Assembly: GCA_021852055.1 (NCBI GenBank)
Contig: JAJZOD010000003.1
Location: 82,846 to 146,845 of the forward strand
DNA: 64,000 nt
Reading direction: 5' to 3'
Origin: Candidatus Micrarchaeota archaeon
GTDB taxonomy: Archaea > Micrarchaeota > Micrarchaeia > Micrarchaeales > CABMGC01
Shown: positions 52,972 through 62,261 of the stretch, piece by piece
How the letters are laid out: each line of letters starts with the position of its first letter
Numbering within the stretch: position 1 is the stretch's first letter
Position numbers and translations under genes: made by a program
The notes under the pieces: model-generated
Database searches by the model: none
The model's input: the letters and a program-made list of their open reading frames with translations, nothing else
Told to the model about the DNA's origin: nothing

Positions 52972-55368
52972 ATGGATCGCAGCCATTATACGAATATGAG
53001 CGCGGGCGAGGTTTTCAGGGAACTTCAGTCAGGGAAAAACGGCTTGTCAGAAAAGGAAGCGGAGAAAAGGCTTTTGGAATCCGGATATAATGAAATAAGC
53101 GATGCAAAACAGAGTGCTGTGCTGAAATTCATAAGCAAGCTTTACGGTCCTGTGCCTCTATTGTTGTGGGCGGTCCTAATCCTATCCTATGCACTGGGGC
53201 ACTTCAAGGATTTCGTCGTTGTTCTGGTGCTGCTGATATTCAACGCCACAGTAGGCTTTTTGGAGGAGCACAAAGCAGACCATTCCATAGAGATGCTCAA
53301 AAAACGGCTGAGCACAAACGCGAGGGTTCTGCGCTCCGGTTCCTGGGTGTCAATACCATCCAAATTTCTTGTAAAAGGCGATGTCATAAGGGTGCGCATG
53401 GGCGATGTAATCCCTGCAGACCTTAAAATTCTTGAATTAGAGGCACTCCAGGTAGATGAGTCTGCGCTTACAGGGGAATCGCTTCCTGTGCGCAAACAAG
53501 CGGGCAATATAGCATATGAAGGATCAGCAGTAAAAGCAGGCGAAGCTACCTGCATGGTAATCGCAACGGGCAACAGCACATTTTACGGGAAGACGGCTGC
53601 ACTTGTAAAGATTGCAAAGCCGAAGCCCCATCTCGAAAAGGTAATACTCAAGATAGTGAAGTACCTAATAATTGCGGATTCGGTAATCATCGCAGTAATG
53701 TTTATCTTCGGCATAATCCTGTTTAACGTAAGCCTTTCGACACTGCTGCCTCTTCTGCTTGTCGTCCTTATAGCCTCTGTCCCTGTAGCATTGCCTGCTG
53801 CATTCACCGTGTCCATGGCTCTTGGCACAGAGTATCTTGCAAAGCATTCAATACTTGTCAGGAAGCTTGATTCTATCGAAGGTGCAGCTACGGCAAATGT
53901 GCTGTGCCTAGATAAGACAGGCACGCTGACAGAGAACAGGATAGTTGTAAAAGATATAGTTACGTTTGGCTGCAGTGAAGACGACGTAATAATGTACGCT
54001 GCCGAAGCCTCGCGTGCAGAAGACAATGACGTCATAGACAATGCAATATTAAAATTTGCAACAGAGAAGAAAATCAGGATAAGCAGGCAGCTGTCGTTCA
54101 GCCCTTTTGATCCCTCAACAAAAAGAACCGAGGCAAAAATCACCGGCGGCGGATATCTTGTGACAAAAGGCGCCACCATAGCTGTCGGCAGGCTGTGTAA
54201 ATTAAGCAGGACCGAGCGGGCTGATTTTGAAGGTGCAGTGGAACGGTTGTCGAAGCAGGGCTTCAGAAGCCTCGCCGTAGCAACTACGCACAACAACCGC
54301 AACAAATACAAGCTTGTAGGCATAGTGGCACTATATGATCCACCACGAAAGGATGCAAGGCTTTTCATAAACGAGCTTGAAAAGCTGGGAGTGAAGACAA
54401 AGATGCTCACGGGCGACAATATTGCAGTAGCAAACCAGATGGCATATGAACTGGGATTTAAGGGCAGTATAGTGGCAATGAGCGACATCAAAAAACTAAA
54501 TGACAAGCAGCTGTTCAAAGCCGTAGAGGAGGCAGACGGATTCGCAGACATATACCCGTCCGACAAGTACAACATAGTAAAGGCGCTCCAGAATAACGGC
54601 CTTTCTGTAGGTATGACTGGCGACGGAATAAATGATGCCCCTGCACTAAAGCAGGCAGAGGTAGGCATTGCAGTTTCCAATGCCACTGACGTGGCAAAAA
54701 GTGCAGCCGCACTTGTGCTCACTAAAAATGGCATAGGTGTCATAGCCGAAGCCGTAAAAGAGAGCCGGAGAACGTTTGAGCGTATGATGACTTATACCCT
54801 TGCAAAAGTAGTAAAGGTATTTCAGATAATCGGCACCATAGCCGTCATTTTCATAGCTTTGCATGGCTTTATAGCCATAACTCCATTCCTGCTAATACTT
54901 CTGATATTTACAAATGACATTGTAAACATTGCCATCTCTACAGATAATGCCAATTATTCAAAGAGCCCAGATGTGTGGAACATAAAATCCATAGTGTACT
55001 CCTCTGCAATAATCGGAGTCCTACTTCTTATAGAGACTCTCGGCGTAGCCCACGCCTATCTGTACCAGCTGGGCCTCACTGCAGCAGGGTTTCAGACCGC
55101 CATGTTCCTCTTTCTAGATGTTTCAGACAAATTCACAGTATTCAATGTCAGAAGCAGGAGGTATTTTTGGGATATAAAACCGAGCAGGGCGCTTTTAGTC
55201 TCGTCAATTTCTGGAGCTGCAGCAGGCATACTGATATCCTATTACGGAATACTCGTCCAAGGCATAAGCCTCCAGGCCATAACACTTATACTTATATCTG
55301 CTGGATTGTTTTTCATAATAAATGATTATGTGAAATCCCTGGTATTCAAAAAGCTTGGAATATACTGA
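52972..55368 (+). CDS. P-type ATPase, plasma-membrane H+/cation-pump-like (P3A-like)
   Basis: CLDKTGTLT phosphorylation site, TGES, MLTGD and MTGDGINDAPALKQAEVGIAV motifs. 798 aa. Confidence 0.85.
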   Translation: MDRSHYTNMSAGEVFRELQSGKNGLSEKEAEKRLLESGYNEISDAKQSAVLKFISKLYGPVPLLLWAVLILSYALGHFKDFVVVLVLLIFNATVGFLEEHKADHSIEMLKKRLSTNARVLRSGSWVSIPSKFLVKGDVIRVRMGDVIPADLKILELEALQVDESALTGESLPVRKQAGNIAYEGSAVKAGEATCMVIATGNSTFYGKTAALVKIAKPKPHLEKVILKIVKYLIIADSVIIAVMFIFGIILFNVSLSTLLPLLLVVLIASVPVALPAAFTVSMALGTEYLAKHSILVRKLDSIEGAATANVLCLDKTGTLTENRIVVKDIVTFGCSEDDVIMYAAEASRAEDNDVIDNAILKFATEKKIRISRQLSFSPFDPSTKRTEAKITGGGYLVTKGATIAVGRLCKLSRTERADFEGAVERLSKQGFRSLAVATTHNNRNKYKLVGIVALYDPPRKDARLFINELEKLGVKTKMLTGDNIAVANQMAYELGFKGSIVAMSDIKKLNDKQLFKAVEEADGFADIYPSDKYNIVKALQNNGLSVGMTGDGINDAPALKQAEVGIAVSNATDVAKSAAALVLTKNGIGVIAEAVKESRRTFERMMTYTLAKVVKVFQIIGTIAVIFIALHGFIAITPFLLILLIFTNDIVNIAISTDNANYSKSPDVWNIKSIVYSSAIIGVLLLIETLGVAHAYLYQLGLTAAGFQTAMFLFLDVSDKFTVFNVRSRRYFWDIKPSRALLVSSISGAAAGILISYYGILVQGISLQAITLILISAGLFFIINDYVKSLVFKKLGIY

Positions 55369-55400
55369 ATACTACTGAATATTAAAGGCGCGGCCTGGCA

Positions 55401-56651
55401 CTATTTCTGTTGCTTATTTTTGAGTAGAATCGGATACAGAAGCCCGCCAAACATCTGGATCAGCCCTCCAACAAACAACGGCAGAGGCAGTGCAGCCTCT
55501 ATGAGATATCCGCTAAGGCCGCTACTAGTCTGTGCGAAGTTCAATGCAAGGTTCTGCACGCTTGTAGCAGTGCCGTAATCCTCTCTGTCCAGGCCGTTAA
55601 TGCTTACTGTGCTTATAGAAGAGGATCCAAAACCCGATATAAATGACCTGCATGAATACAGCAATGAAGCCAGAAAAAGCAGAGGCAGGAAAACCATGAT
55701 TCCGTAATACTGCATTGCAAACACAACTCCGAGTAATATAAGAAAAGCGCCGTTTAGAAATCTAGTAAGCGATGCTATCCTGATCATCATCGTGCCTTTT
55801 ACATACCTTCTTGAAAGGTACGACCCAAGAAGCGTGGCCAGGTATGCCGGTATGTATATTATGCCTATATACAGTGCAGTTGTCTGCTCTGTCAGTTTGA
55901 ATGCAATCGCAAAAAGAAGAGGCAAAAGCGGCAGCGATATTCCAAGTGCAGAGCCGCTGATTGCGTTGAGAACTACGATTTTCGACATATACCTGAAGCT
56001 TACTCCCTTCATCACCTTTGTAGATTTTACCGGCGTAGGTGCTTCTTCCAGGAAAATAAGGCTTATGAGCGAGACCATGATAAAAACCGCAGCAACGCCG
56101 AATAGCACCCTGAAAGCGGCGACAGTACCTACATATGGTTGTATATATGACTGACTTACAAGAACCAAAGCGCCTATTATGCTCGCTACAGAAGCAGCCA
56201 TTACAAGCACGCTGAATTTTCTTACCCTTATGTTGTTATCAGGATAGTTCCTTGCAATCAGTGCAGTCATGCCTGGGGAGAATGTGCCGCGCATGCCTCC
56301 TGCAATGCCTCCTATGCCGGCTATAATCACGCCAAGGGTTACAATGGCTGTGTTCGGCGTCGCAAAAAGCAGCATCGAGCCGACAAGCGGCGGAATTTCT
56401 CCTAGTATGAGCGCTTTTCTGTAGCCGTGCCTGTCCCCAAAGGTTCCAAGGCTTATTGAAAGCACAGCAGAGAAGACCATAACTCCCGCATATATTATTC
56501 CTATGCTTGTTATGCTGATATGAATGCTGTTCAAGTATATCGGTGCAGCCAGTGTCATGAATATCAGGGCAACGCTCCTGAATATCCGCGAGTACAAAAG
56601 AAACTTAAATCCGAAATCCTTTTTCATAGAAACACTGTCAAGTAAAGCCAA
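55401..56651 (-). CDS. Major facilitator superfamily transporter
   Basis: About 12 TM helices, with a GDRHGYRK-type loop between TM2 and TM3. Confidence 0.75.
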   Translation of the reverse strand: MALLDSVSMKKDFGFKFLLYSRIFRSVALIFMTLAAPIYLNSIHISITSIGIIYAGVMVFSAVLSISLGTFGDRHGYRKALILGEIPPLVGSMLLFATPNTAIVTLGVIIAGIGGIAGGMRGTFSPGMTALIARNYPDNNIRVRKFSVLVMAASVASIIGALVLVSQSYIQPYVGTVAAFRVLFGVAAVFIMVSLISLIFLEEAPTPVKSTKVMKGVSFRYMSKIVVLNAISGSALGISLPLLPLLFAIAFKLTEQTTALYIGIIYIPAYLATLLGSYLSRRYVKGTMMIRIASLTRFLNGAFLILLGVVFAMQYYGIMVFLPLLFLASLLYSCRSFISGFGSSSISTVSINGLDREDYGTATSVQNLALNFAQTSSGLSGYLIEAALPLPLFVGGLIQMFGGLLYPILLKNKQQK

Positions 56652-56683
56652 ATAAGACTGTCAAATAAAGCATTAAATGCAAT

Positions 56684-56758
56684 CGGGCCCGGTGGGATTT
56701 GAACCCACGACTTAAAGGTTAAAAGCCTTCCACTCTAGCCAAGCTGAGTTACGGACCC
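56684..56758 (-). tRNA. tRNA-Lys(UUU), intronless, 75 nt
   Basis: GGGTCCG-TA-ACTC-AGCTTGGCTA-GAGT-G-GAAGG-CTTTTAA-CCTTT-AAGTC-GTGGG-TTCAAAT-CCCAC-CGGGCCC-G. Confidence 0.9.
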
Positions 56759-56806
56759 ATTTTTATAGTTTTTATAGTAGTTCTGACTGACTTAATATAA
56801 AATCCT

Positions 56807-57811
56807 TTACTTTTTTTCAGATGTAAAGCCATTTTTTATATGGTCTATTATATTCTGCACCGCAGCGTCAAGATTTGCGATTTTTTTACCATATGCGCCT
56901 GCAGCACACGGATGCCCGCCTCCTGTTCCATTTATAATATCCCCTACCTCATTCATTATCCTGCCGAGATTTATAGACAGCTCCTTGTCAAGCGGAGATC
57001 TGAGCCTTGCGGATATTGTCACCTCCTTTTCTTTTAAGGACCAGAATACTGATGCGTCAGCGCCTATCCTGAGAGCAATCTCAGCCGAAGTATTTGCCTG
57101 GAATTTAGCCTCTCCATATAAAAGCAGGTATCTGCCGCATTCATCGATTCTCGCAGAGAACAGGTCCTTCATTATCCTGCTTCTTATATCTGGAGATGCG
57201 GCCATGTGCTCAGTGCTCACTATCTCTGTATAAATTTTGCCTGACACTTCAAGAAGCTCAGATATCTGCCTGAACATGAGTGGATTCGAGTTCTGAAAAT
57301 CAGCAGAGTCAGATACGATGCCGCTTATTAGAATCTGCGCTGTTTGCTTGCTTATCCTTGTGCCGCTTGATTTTAATACGTCGCATACAATACTAGAAGC
57401 TGAGTTGTACTCCTCGCTGTTGAATACCCTTATCTTGTTGCCGTATTCCGGCTGCTCCGGCAGCGCATGATGGTCTATGAACAGCACCTCGCCGCTGAAA
57501 TTCATGAGCTTCTCCTCAAACCTGCCCATTATCTCAAACCTGTTTGCATCAGACACTATCACAAGGTCTATACCTTCAGGAAACACCGAATCTATTTCAA
57601 TGTCGTATGCTGCATCCTGCAGCATCTTCTTTGCGTTGTTTGTTATATAGTCTGGCGCCATTATGACTGATTTTGGAAAAAGCTGTGAAAGTCCGACAGC
57701 AGAAGCCACTCCGTCCCTATCTCCTATGCTGTGGAATGTCAGCAAGATGTTTTTTTCTTTGCTTTTCCAGAGAAATTCCAGAAGGTCACTATATGACAGG
57801 AAGCCATACAC
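56807..57811 (-). CDS. DHH/DHHA1 phosphoesterase (RecJ/NrnA-like)
   Basis: DRDGVAS, VSDAN, FIDHH and GGGHPCAAGA motifs. Confidence 0.8.
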   Translation of the reverse strand: MYGFLSYSDLLEFLWKSKEKNILLTFHSIGDRDGVASAVGLSQLFPKSVIMAPDYITNNAKKMLQDAAYDIEIDSVFPEGIDLVIVSDANRFEIMGRFEEKLMNFSGEVLFIDHHALPEQPEYGNKIRVFNSEEYNSASSIVCDVLKSSGTRISKQTAQILISGIVSDSADFQNSNPLMFRQISELLEVSGKIYTEIVSTEHMAASPDIRSRIMKDLFSARIDECGRYLLLYGEAKFQANTSAEIALRIGADASVFWSLKEKEVTISARLRSPLDKELSINLGRIMNEVGDIINGTGGGHPCAAGAYGKKIANLDAAVQNIIDHIKNGFTSEKK

Positions 57812-57815
57812 TCTC

Positions 57816-58169
57816 TCACTGCTGTTTGTACAGCTGCGTAAGCTTTTCGTTGAGCTGCTTCTCCCTTGCCTTTACTTCAGTATACTGCTTATTGAAAGAC
57901 TGGAGTCTTGCAGTTGTAAGCGAGTATCTGTCCTCTATGTCAGCCAACGCCTTCTCCTTTGTCGTTTCAACTATCACGCCACCTATGCTAAAGTAGACCT
58001 TTCCCGAAGCCTTTCCAAGCTCCTCCTTTGCTTTTTCCATCTCTGCTTTCTGCGCCTGAAATTGCTCTAGCTGTATAGCAAGAGTACGTAGCTGTTCCTG
58101 CGTTGACTGGTAGTCTCTCAGGAGTTTTTCTACTTCCTGTTCTGGTTGTGGTATCCCTGGCTGTGCCAT
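57816..58169 (-). CDS. pfdB: Prefoldin beta subunit
   Basis: 117-aa coiled-coil/beta-hairpin/coiled-coil layout, with ...GKVYFSIGGVIVETTKEKA... Confidence 0.8.
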   Translation of the reverse strand: MAQPGIPQPEQEVEKLLRDYQSTQEQLRTLAIQLEQFQAQKAEMEKAKEELGKASGKVYFSIGGVIVETTKEKALADIEDRYSLTTARLQSFNKQYTEVKAREKQLNEKLTQLYKQQ

Positions 58170-58233
58170 AATATCATCATTTAACTATAACCGCAAAATG
58201 CTAATAACTTAACGATTACGGGATGCATAATTA

Positions 58234-58446
58234 TCAATGCGTATCCTGCGGCCTACTTATCGCAAACCTGTTGTGAATTCTATGCAATTTACGGCATTCT
58301 CTATGCAGCATGTGTATTTCAGCTGCCAATGCCTGCGGCACATCTGGCAGTACCGTTTCAAAAAATTCACTACGTTGCTCTCTAATCATATTCTTCAATT
58401 CCGAATACATTTTCTTAATCTTGCCGCTTCTATTCATCATAAGCAC
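58234..58446 (-). CDS. Hypothetical 70-aa helical basic protein
   Basis: ORF only. It lies between pth2 and pfdB on the same strand and no family was recognised. Confidence 0.35.
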   Translation of the reverse strand: MLMMNRSGKIKKMYSELKNMIREQRSEFFETVLPDVPQALAAEIHMLHRECRKLHRIHNRFAISRPQDTH

Positions 58447-58526
58447 AGTTTATTTAACAAATTAAACAGAACCAACAGAACCCATATATAATTATTTATT
58501 AATCTACGTTAATCTATAATTTAAAT

Positions 58527-58886
58527 CTAAAGCAGCTTCAATGCTGATGTGAAAAAGTCTATCTCCTTTGCTTTCCACGGGCCTACTCCGAGTGCTGTTA
58601 CTGTGCCGGGTGGCACCTGCGTAAGCCCTGCGTCTGTCACGAGTGCGCACGGAAACCCTTTATACTTGAATGCTTCATTCAGCTTCCTCAATGCCTTTTC
58701 ATCATTGACTTTAAGCACTATTTTTTTCTCTCCCGAGGCAAGCCACTCCTTTGCTACGCCTTTGTCTATTTTCTCCGCTTCAAAATAACTCATTAAAGAT
58801 GCGTGCGCTACCTGTGCTGCAAGTTTTCCAGTGCCCAGGTCAAGATCCTTCCTTACTATTATTGCCTGTTTTATCTCATCTGCCAT
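58527..58886 (-). CDS. pth2: Peptidyl-tRNA hydrolase, archaeal Pth2 type
   Basis: MADEIKQAIIVRKDLDLGTGKLAAQVAHAS...DAGLTQVPPGTVTALG. The start was moved to the Met preceding the conserved core. Confidence 0.85.
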   Translation of the reverse strand: MADEIKQAIIVRKDLDLGTGKLAAQVAHASLMSYFEAEKIDKGVAKEWLASGEKKIVLKVNDEKALRKLNEAFKYKGFPCALVTDAGLTQVPPGTVTALGVGPWKAKEIDFFTSALKLL

Positions 58887-58963
58887 AAGAAGCCACCTCT
58901 TGAAAATCCACAATCAAAGACCATGACGCCACCACAGAGCAAAGAGCAATTATAATATTGTAT

Positions 58964-59016
58964 TTATAAATACTCTAATTATAAATACTCTAATTATAAA
59001 TACTCTAATACTCTAA
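58964..59016. repeat. Tandem repeat of 3 x 15 bp (ttataaatactctaa) plus a partial unit, each carrying a TATA-like TTATAAAT, between divergent pth2 and priS
   Basis: Perfect copies at 58964-58978, 58979-58993 and 58994-59008. The partial unit tactctaa is at 59009-59016. Confidence 0.9.
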
Positions 59017-59040
59017 AATATAAATCATTGCAGTGATTCA

Positions 59041-60213
59041 TTGGAGCTTACTCGTGAGCAGGGATACACGGCAGCCTTGAAACTCTTCAGCGAATACTAT
59101 CAAAAGCAGGACGCATCCACGCTGTCTCCCGGCAAAACAAACATGCGCGAATTCGGCATAGGAGACTTTGAGCGTAAGATAAAATTCAGGCACATGGAGT
59201 TCAAGGATAATTCCGAGCTCAAAAACTATCTCTCTACAAAAACGCCTGCGTTTGTCTCCTGTTCAACTGCATACTACGCACATCCAAGTTTCAGGCCGAT
59301 GGAAAACAAGGGCTGGCTAGGCTCAGAACTTGTATTTGATATAGATGCTACAGACATCCGTTTGGATTGCCAAAAATCGCATGGAACTTCCTGGGTCTGC
59401 GACAACTGCCTTACAAAAGCCAAAGAGGAGACCATAAAACTTATAGACGAGTTCCTTGTGCCGGATTTCGGATTTTCAAAGAGCGATATAAAAATAAACT
59501 TCAGCGGCAACAGGGGCTATCACATCCACATAGACAATGAGTCAGTCCTTAATCTTGACTCAAATGCAAGAAAGGAGATAAGCAGCTATATAACTGGCGC
59601 AGGGATAAGCTTCGACGATTTCTTCAATACAGAAGAGATAGGTGGCGGGAAGCGGATTAAACGGCTTACTGGCCCAAAGCCTTCAGACCCGGGGTGGCGC
59701 GGAAAGATAGCAAGAAACGTAATAAAGGACATGGAAAAAGGGCCTGAATACCTTATTTCAACTGGGATAGATAAAAAGACAGCAAGAAACCTATACAACA
59801 AAAGGGCGCTGATAGAGATGGGAATCAACAACGGCAACTGGGATATAGTGTATATAAAGGACAAGGCCCAGTTCTGGTCCGAAGTTATAAAAAATCGTGC
59901 AGTTGCCCAATCTGATAAGATAGATGAGAACGTGACAAACGATACCGGACATATGATACGCTTACCAGGCACAATACACGGCGGCACAGGCCTGCTTTCA
60001 AAACGCGTGAGCATGAGCGAGCTGCAATCTTTTGATCCCATGTCGGATGCCATAGCTCTTCATGGGGAGACGATTAAAGTAAAGGCAAATGCAAGAAACA
60101 TCCTTATCATGAAAGGCGAAAGCTTCGGGCCGTTCTCAGATGAGGTTGCAGATCTGCCTGTTTACGCTGCCATGTACCTCTTCTTAAAAGGAGCTGCGGT
60201 GTTGTCTGCATAA
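59041..60213 (+). CDS. priS: DNA primase small (catalytic) subunit PriS
   Basis: ELVFDIDA, SGNRGYHIH and a Zn-knuckle CQKSHGTSWVCDNC. The TTG start is preceded by GTGAT. Confidence 0.9.
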   Translation: MELTREQGYTAALKLFSEYYQKQDASTLSPGKTNMREFGIGDFERKIKFRHMEFKDNSELKNYLSTKTPAFVSCSTAYYAHPSFRPMENKGWLGSELVFDIDATDIRLDCQKSHGTSWVCDNCLTKAKEETIKLIDEFLVPDFGFSKSDIKINFSGNRGYHIHIDNESVLNLDSNARKEISSYITGAGISFDDFFNTEEIGGGKRIKRLTGPKPSDPGWRGKIARNVIKDMEKGPEYLISTGIDKKTARNLYNKRALIEMGINNGNWDIVYIKDKAQFWSEVIKNRAVAQSDKIDENVTNDTGHMIRLPGTIHGGTGLLSKRVSMSELQSFDPMSDAIALHGETIKVKANARNILIMKGESFGPFSDEVADLPVYAAMYLFLKGAAVLSA

Positions 60214-60427
60214 CCAAACATACGCATGTTCTGCTCTTCTGCAGTGTTTTGATCGCTATAACTGCTTTGTTGCTCGGTTGGCGATAGATATATAAATTAA
60301 TTATGCTAATATTCTACCTATATTCTAAGCAAGAGTGCCTCCAATTTTGGAGGAAGCGTTATCCATTCTGGCGTAGCGTACTTCAGAATATCCACGTTCA
60401 GCAATGCACGGCATTAACGGTATTTCA

Positions 60428-61006
60428 ATGGGCGCATATAAATACATAAAAGAGAACTTCCAGAAGGAGTACAGCGAGCGCAGCGAGCTGTACAGGAGCA
60501 ATGTATCTGCCTGGAGAAAAGACGCGGCAGTTGTCAGGCTTGAAGCGCCTACAAACATTGCGCGCGCGCGCGAACTCGGATACCGCGCAAAGCCAGGCGT
60601 AATAATCGCCAGGGTAAGGACGTCCAAAGGCATGTCAAAAAGAATAAAACCGCGAGGCGGCAGAAAACCCTCAAAAAGCGGACGTTTCTTCTCATACGTA
60701 AAATCACTGCAGTCAGTTGCTGAAGATCGCGCTGCGAGGAGGTACTCCAATGCAGAAGTGCTAAATTCATATTATATAGGAGAAGACGGAAAATACAAGT
60801 TCTTTGATGTTATTCTATTGGACAGGTCACACAGCGCCATAACAAGCGATCCCATATACAACGGCATAATAAACTCCAAAGGCAGGTCGTTCAGGGGGCT
60901 TACAAGCTCAGGCCTCAAGCATCGTGGCATAAGGTACAAAGGCAGGGGCGCTATAAACAACAGACCAAGCGTCAGGGCTTCACACAGAGGAGTAAAAGTA
61001 ATATGA
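60428..61006 (+). CDS. rpl15e: 50S ribosomal protein L15e
   Basis: MGAYKYIKENFQKEY...RLEAPTNIARARELGYRAKPGVIIARVRT. Confidence 0.9.
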   Translation: MGAYKYIKENFQKEYSERSELYRSNVSAWRKDAAVVRLEAPTNIARARELGYRAKPGVIIARVRTSKGMSKRIKPRGGRKPSKSGRFFSYVKSLQSVAEDRAARRYSNAEVLNSYYIGEDGKYKFFDVILLDRSHSAITSDPIYNGIINSKGRSFRGLTSSGLKHRGIRYKGRGAINNRPSVRASHRGVKVI

Positions 61007-61030
61007 GTTTGAGCTATAAGGTATGATTTT

Positions 61031-61303
61031 ATGTTTAATTCATCTATATCAATAAATGCCGGCCATGAAATTGACTATTCAAAAATAGTAGGCAGAAAGC
61101 TCTCCTACACCAATGCAGAAGCAGAGATGCACGCAGCAAAGGACGGCATAAAGATAGATTTTGTTGCAGATGATGCAAAATCGCTTCTAAGTTCAATGGG
61201 TAGCGTAATAAAACAGTTGACAATAGTTGAGAATACGCTTGCAATAGCAGAAAAGCTTGAAAAATCTGCGCCGCACAAAACTGAAAAAAGGGCTGTTAAA
61301 TGA
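61031..61303 (+). CDS. Small protein, possibly a KEOPS Pcc1-like subunit
   Basis: 90 aa. ...DGIKIDFVADDAKSLLSSMGSVIKQLTIVENTL resembles the Pcc1 pattern (..I.F.A.D...LRA..NS.......). Confidence 0.4.
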   Translation: MFNSSISINAGHEIDYSKIVGRKLSYTNAEAEMHAAKDGIKIDFVADDAKSLLSSMGSVIKQLTIVENTLAIAEKLEKSAPHKTEKRAVK

Positions 61304-62256
61304 GAAAAGGATCTTTAGAGTATTGGCCGCACAGGCGTGCGAAAAAACTGATGCCGAGGGTCAGAAGCGCACTGCAGACACAAGAAAAAAGCATGCTCGG
61401 ATTTGTAGCTTTCAAGGCAGGCATGACACATGTAATGATGATTGATGACACTGAAGGTCCTGCAAAGGGCACCGAGGTTGCGCGTGCAGTTACAGTCCTA
61501 GAAGTGCCAAAAGTACAGATTTACGGAATACGGCTTTATAGCATGGGCTACTCCTATAAACATTCTGCAGGCGAAATATATGATTCTGCAGCTGCAGCAA
61601 AAGTGGGCATAAAAACCATAAAGAATAATGACATTTCACAGTTCAAATCAAAACCAGATAAGCTTCATGATGTAACGCTGCTTGCGTTCCTAGATCCTGC
61701 AGCTTTGGGTTTCGGAAACAAGCGCGTTATGAGATTTGAGGTTCCTGTAGGCGGCAAAGACAGCGCAGAGAAACTTTCCTTTGCAGAAGGCGTTCTTGGG
61801 AAAGAGGTAAAGATATCAGAGTTCATAAAGCCAGGGGATTATATTGATGTAACAAGCATAAGCAAAGGCAAGGGCTGGGCTGGGGTCATAAAACGTTTCG
61901 GTGTTTCAAGGCAGTATAGAAAAGCTACAGGAAAAGTGCGGCACGTAGGAACTCTCGGAGCATGGCACCCTCCAAAGGTAATGTTCGGAGTGCCTCATTC
62001 GGGCCATATGGGCTACAACTACCGTACAGAGATAAACAAAAGAGTGCTTAAGGTCGGCACAAATGCTGATGCAGCGGCAATAAACATAAAAGGCGGATTT
62101 CTAGGATACGGCTTAATAAAGAATGATTATATACTTATAGACGGATCAATACCAGGAGTCGCAAAGCGCCTTGTTAGGATAAGGAAGGCGATAAGAAATA
62201 ACTGGGCAGTAAAGCAGCCGCAGCTAAACTACGTGTCTCTTGAGTCTAAACAGTGA
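61300..62256 (+). CDS. rpl3: 50S ribosomal protein L3
   Basis: GSLEYWPHRRA...FKAGMTHV...SKGKGWAGVIKRFG. Confidence 0.95.
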   Translation: MRKGSLEYWPHRRAKKLMPRVRSALQTQEKSMLGFVAFKAGMTHVMMIDDTEGPAKGTEVARAVTVLEVPKVQIYGIRLYSMGYSYKHSAGEIYDSAAAAKVGIKTIKNNDISQFKSKPDKLHDVTLLAFLDPAALGFGNKRVMRFEVPVGGKDSAEKLSFAEGVLGKEVKISEFIKPGDYIDVTSISKGKGWAGVIKRFGVSRQYRKATGKVRHVGTLGAWHPPKVMFGVPHSGHMGYNYRTEINKRVLKVGTNADAAAINIKGGFLGYGLIKNDYILIDGSIPGVAKRLVRIRKAIRNNWAVKQPQLNYVSLESKQ

Positions 62257-62261
62257 TATTT

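Noticed and set aside
56684-56758. My first-pass reading of this tRNA gave anticodon UUA, which would make it an ochre suppressor
   Set aside because: Re-registering the D stem (ACTC/GAGT) and the anticodon stem (GAAGG/CCTTT) gives the loop CUUUUAA. The anticodon is therefore UUU, an ordinary tRNA-Lys.
58234-58446. Assigning the 70-aa ORF as Pcc1 or another known small protein associated with the prefoldin operon
   Set aside because: No motif supports this, and the 90-aa ORF at 61031 fits the Pcc1 pattern better. It is left as hypothetical.
60214-60427. Hairpins in the L15e leader (CCTCCA-ATTT-TGGAGG and ATTCTG...CAGAAT) considered as a possible C/D-box sRNA or r-protein leader
   Set aside because: No C (RUGAUGA) or D (CUGA) boxes are present. 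The stems are short and there is no further evidence.
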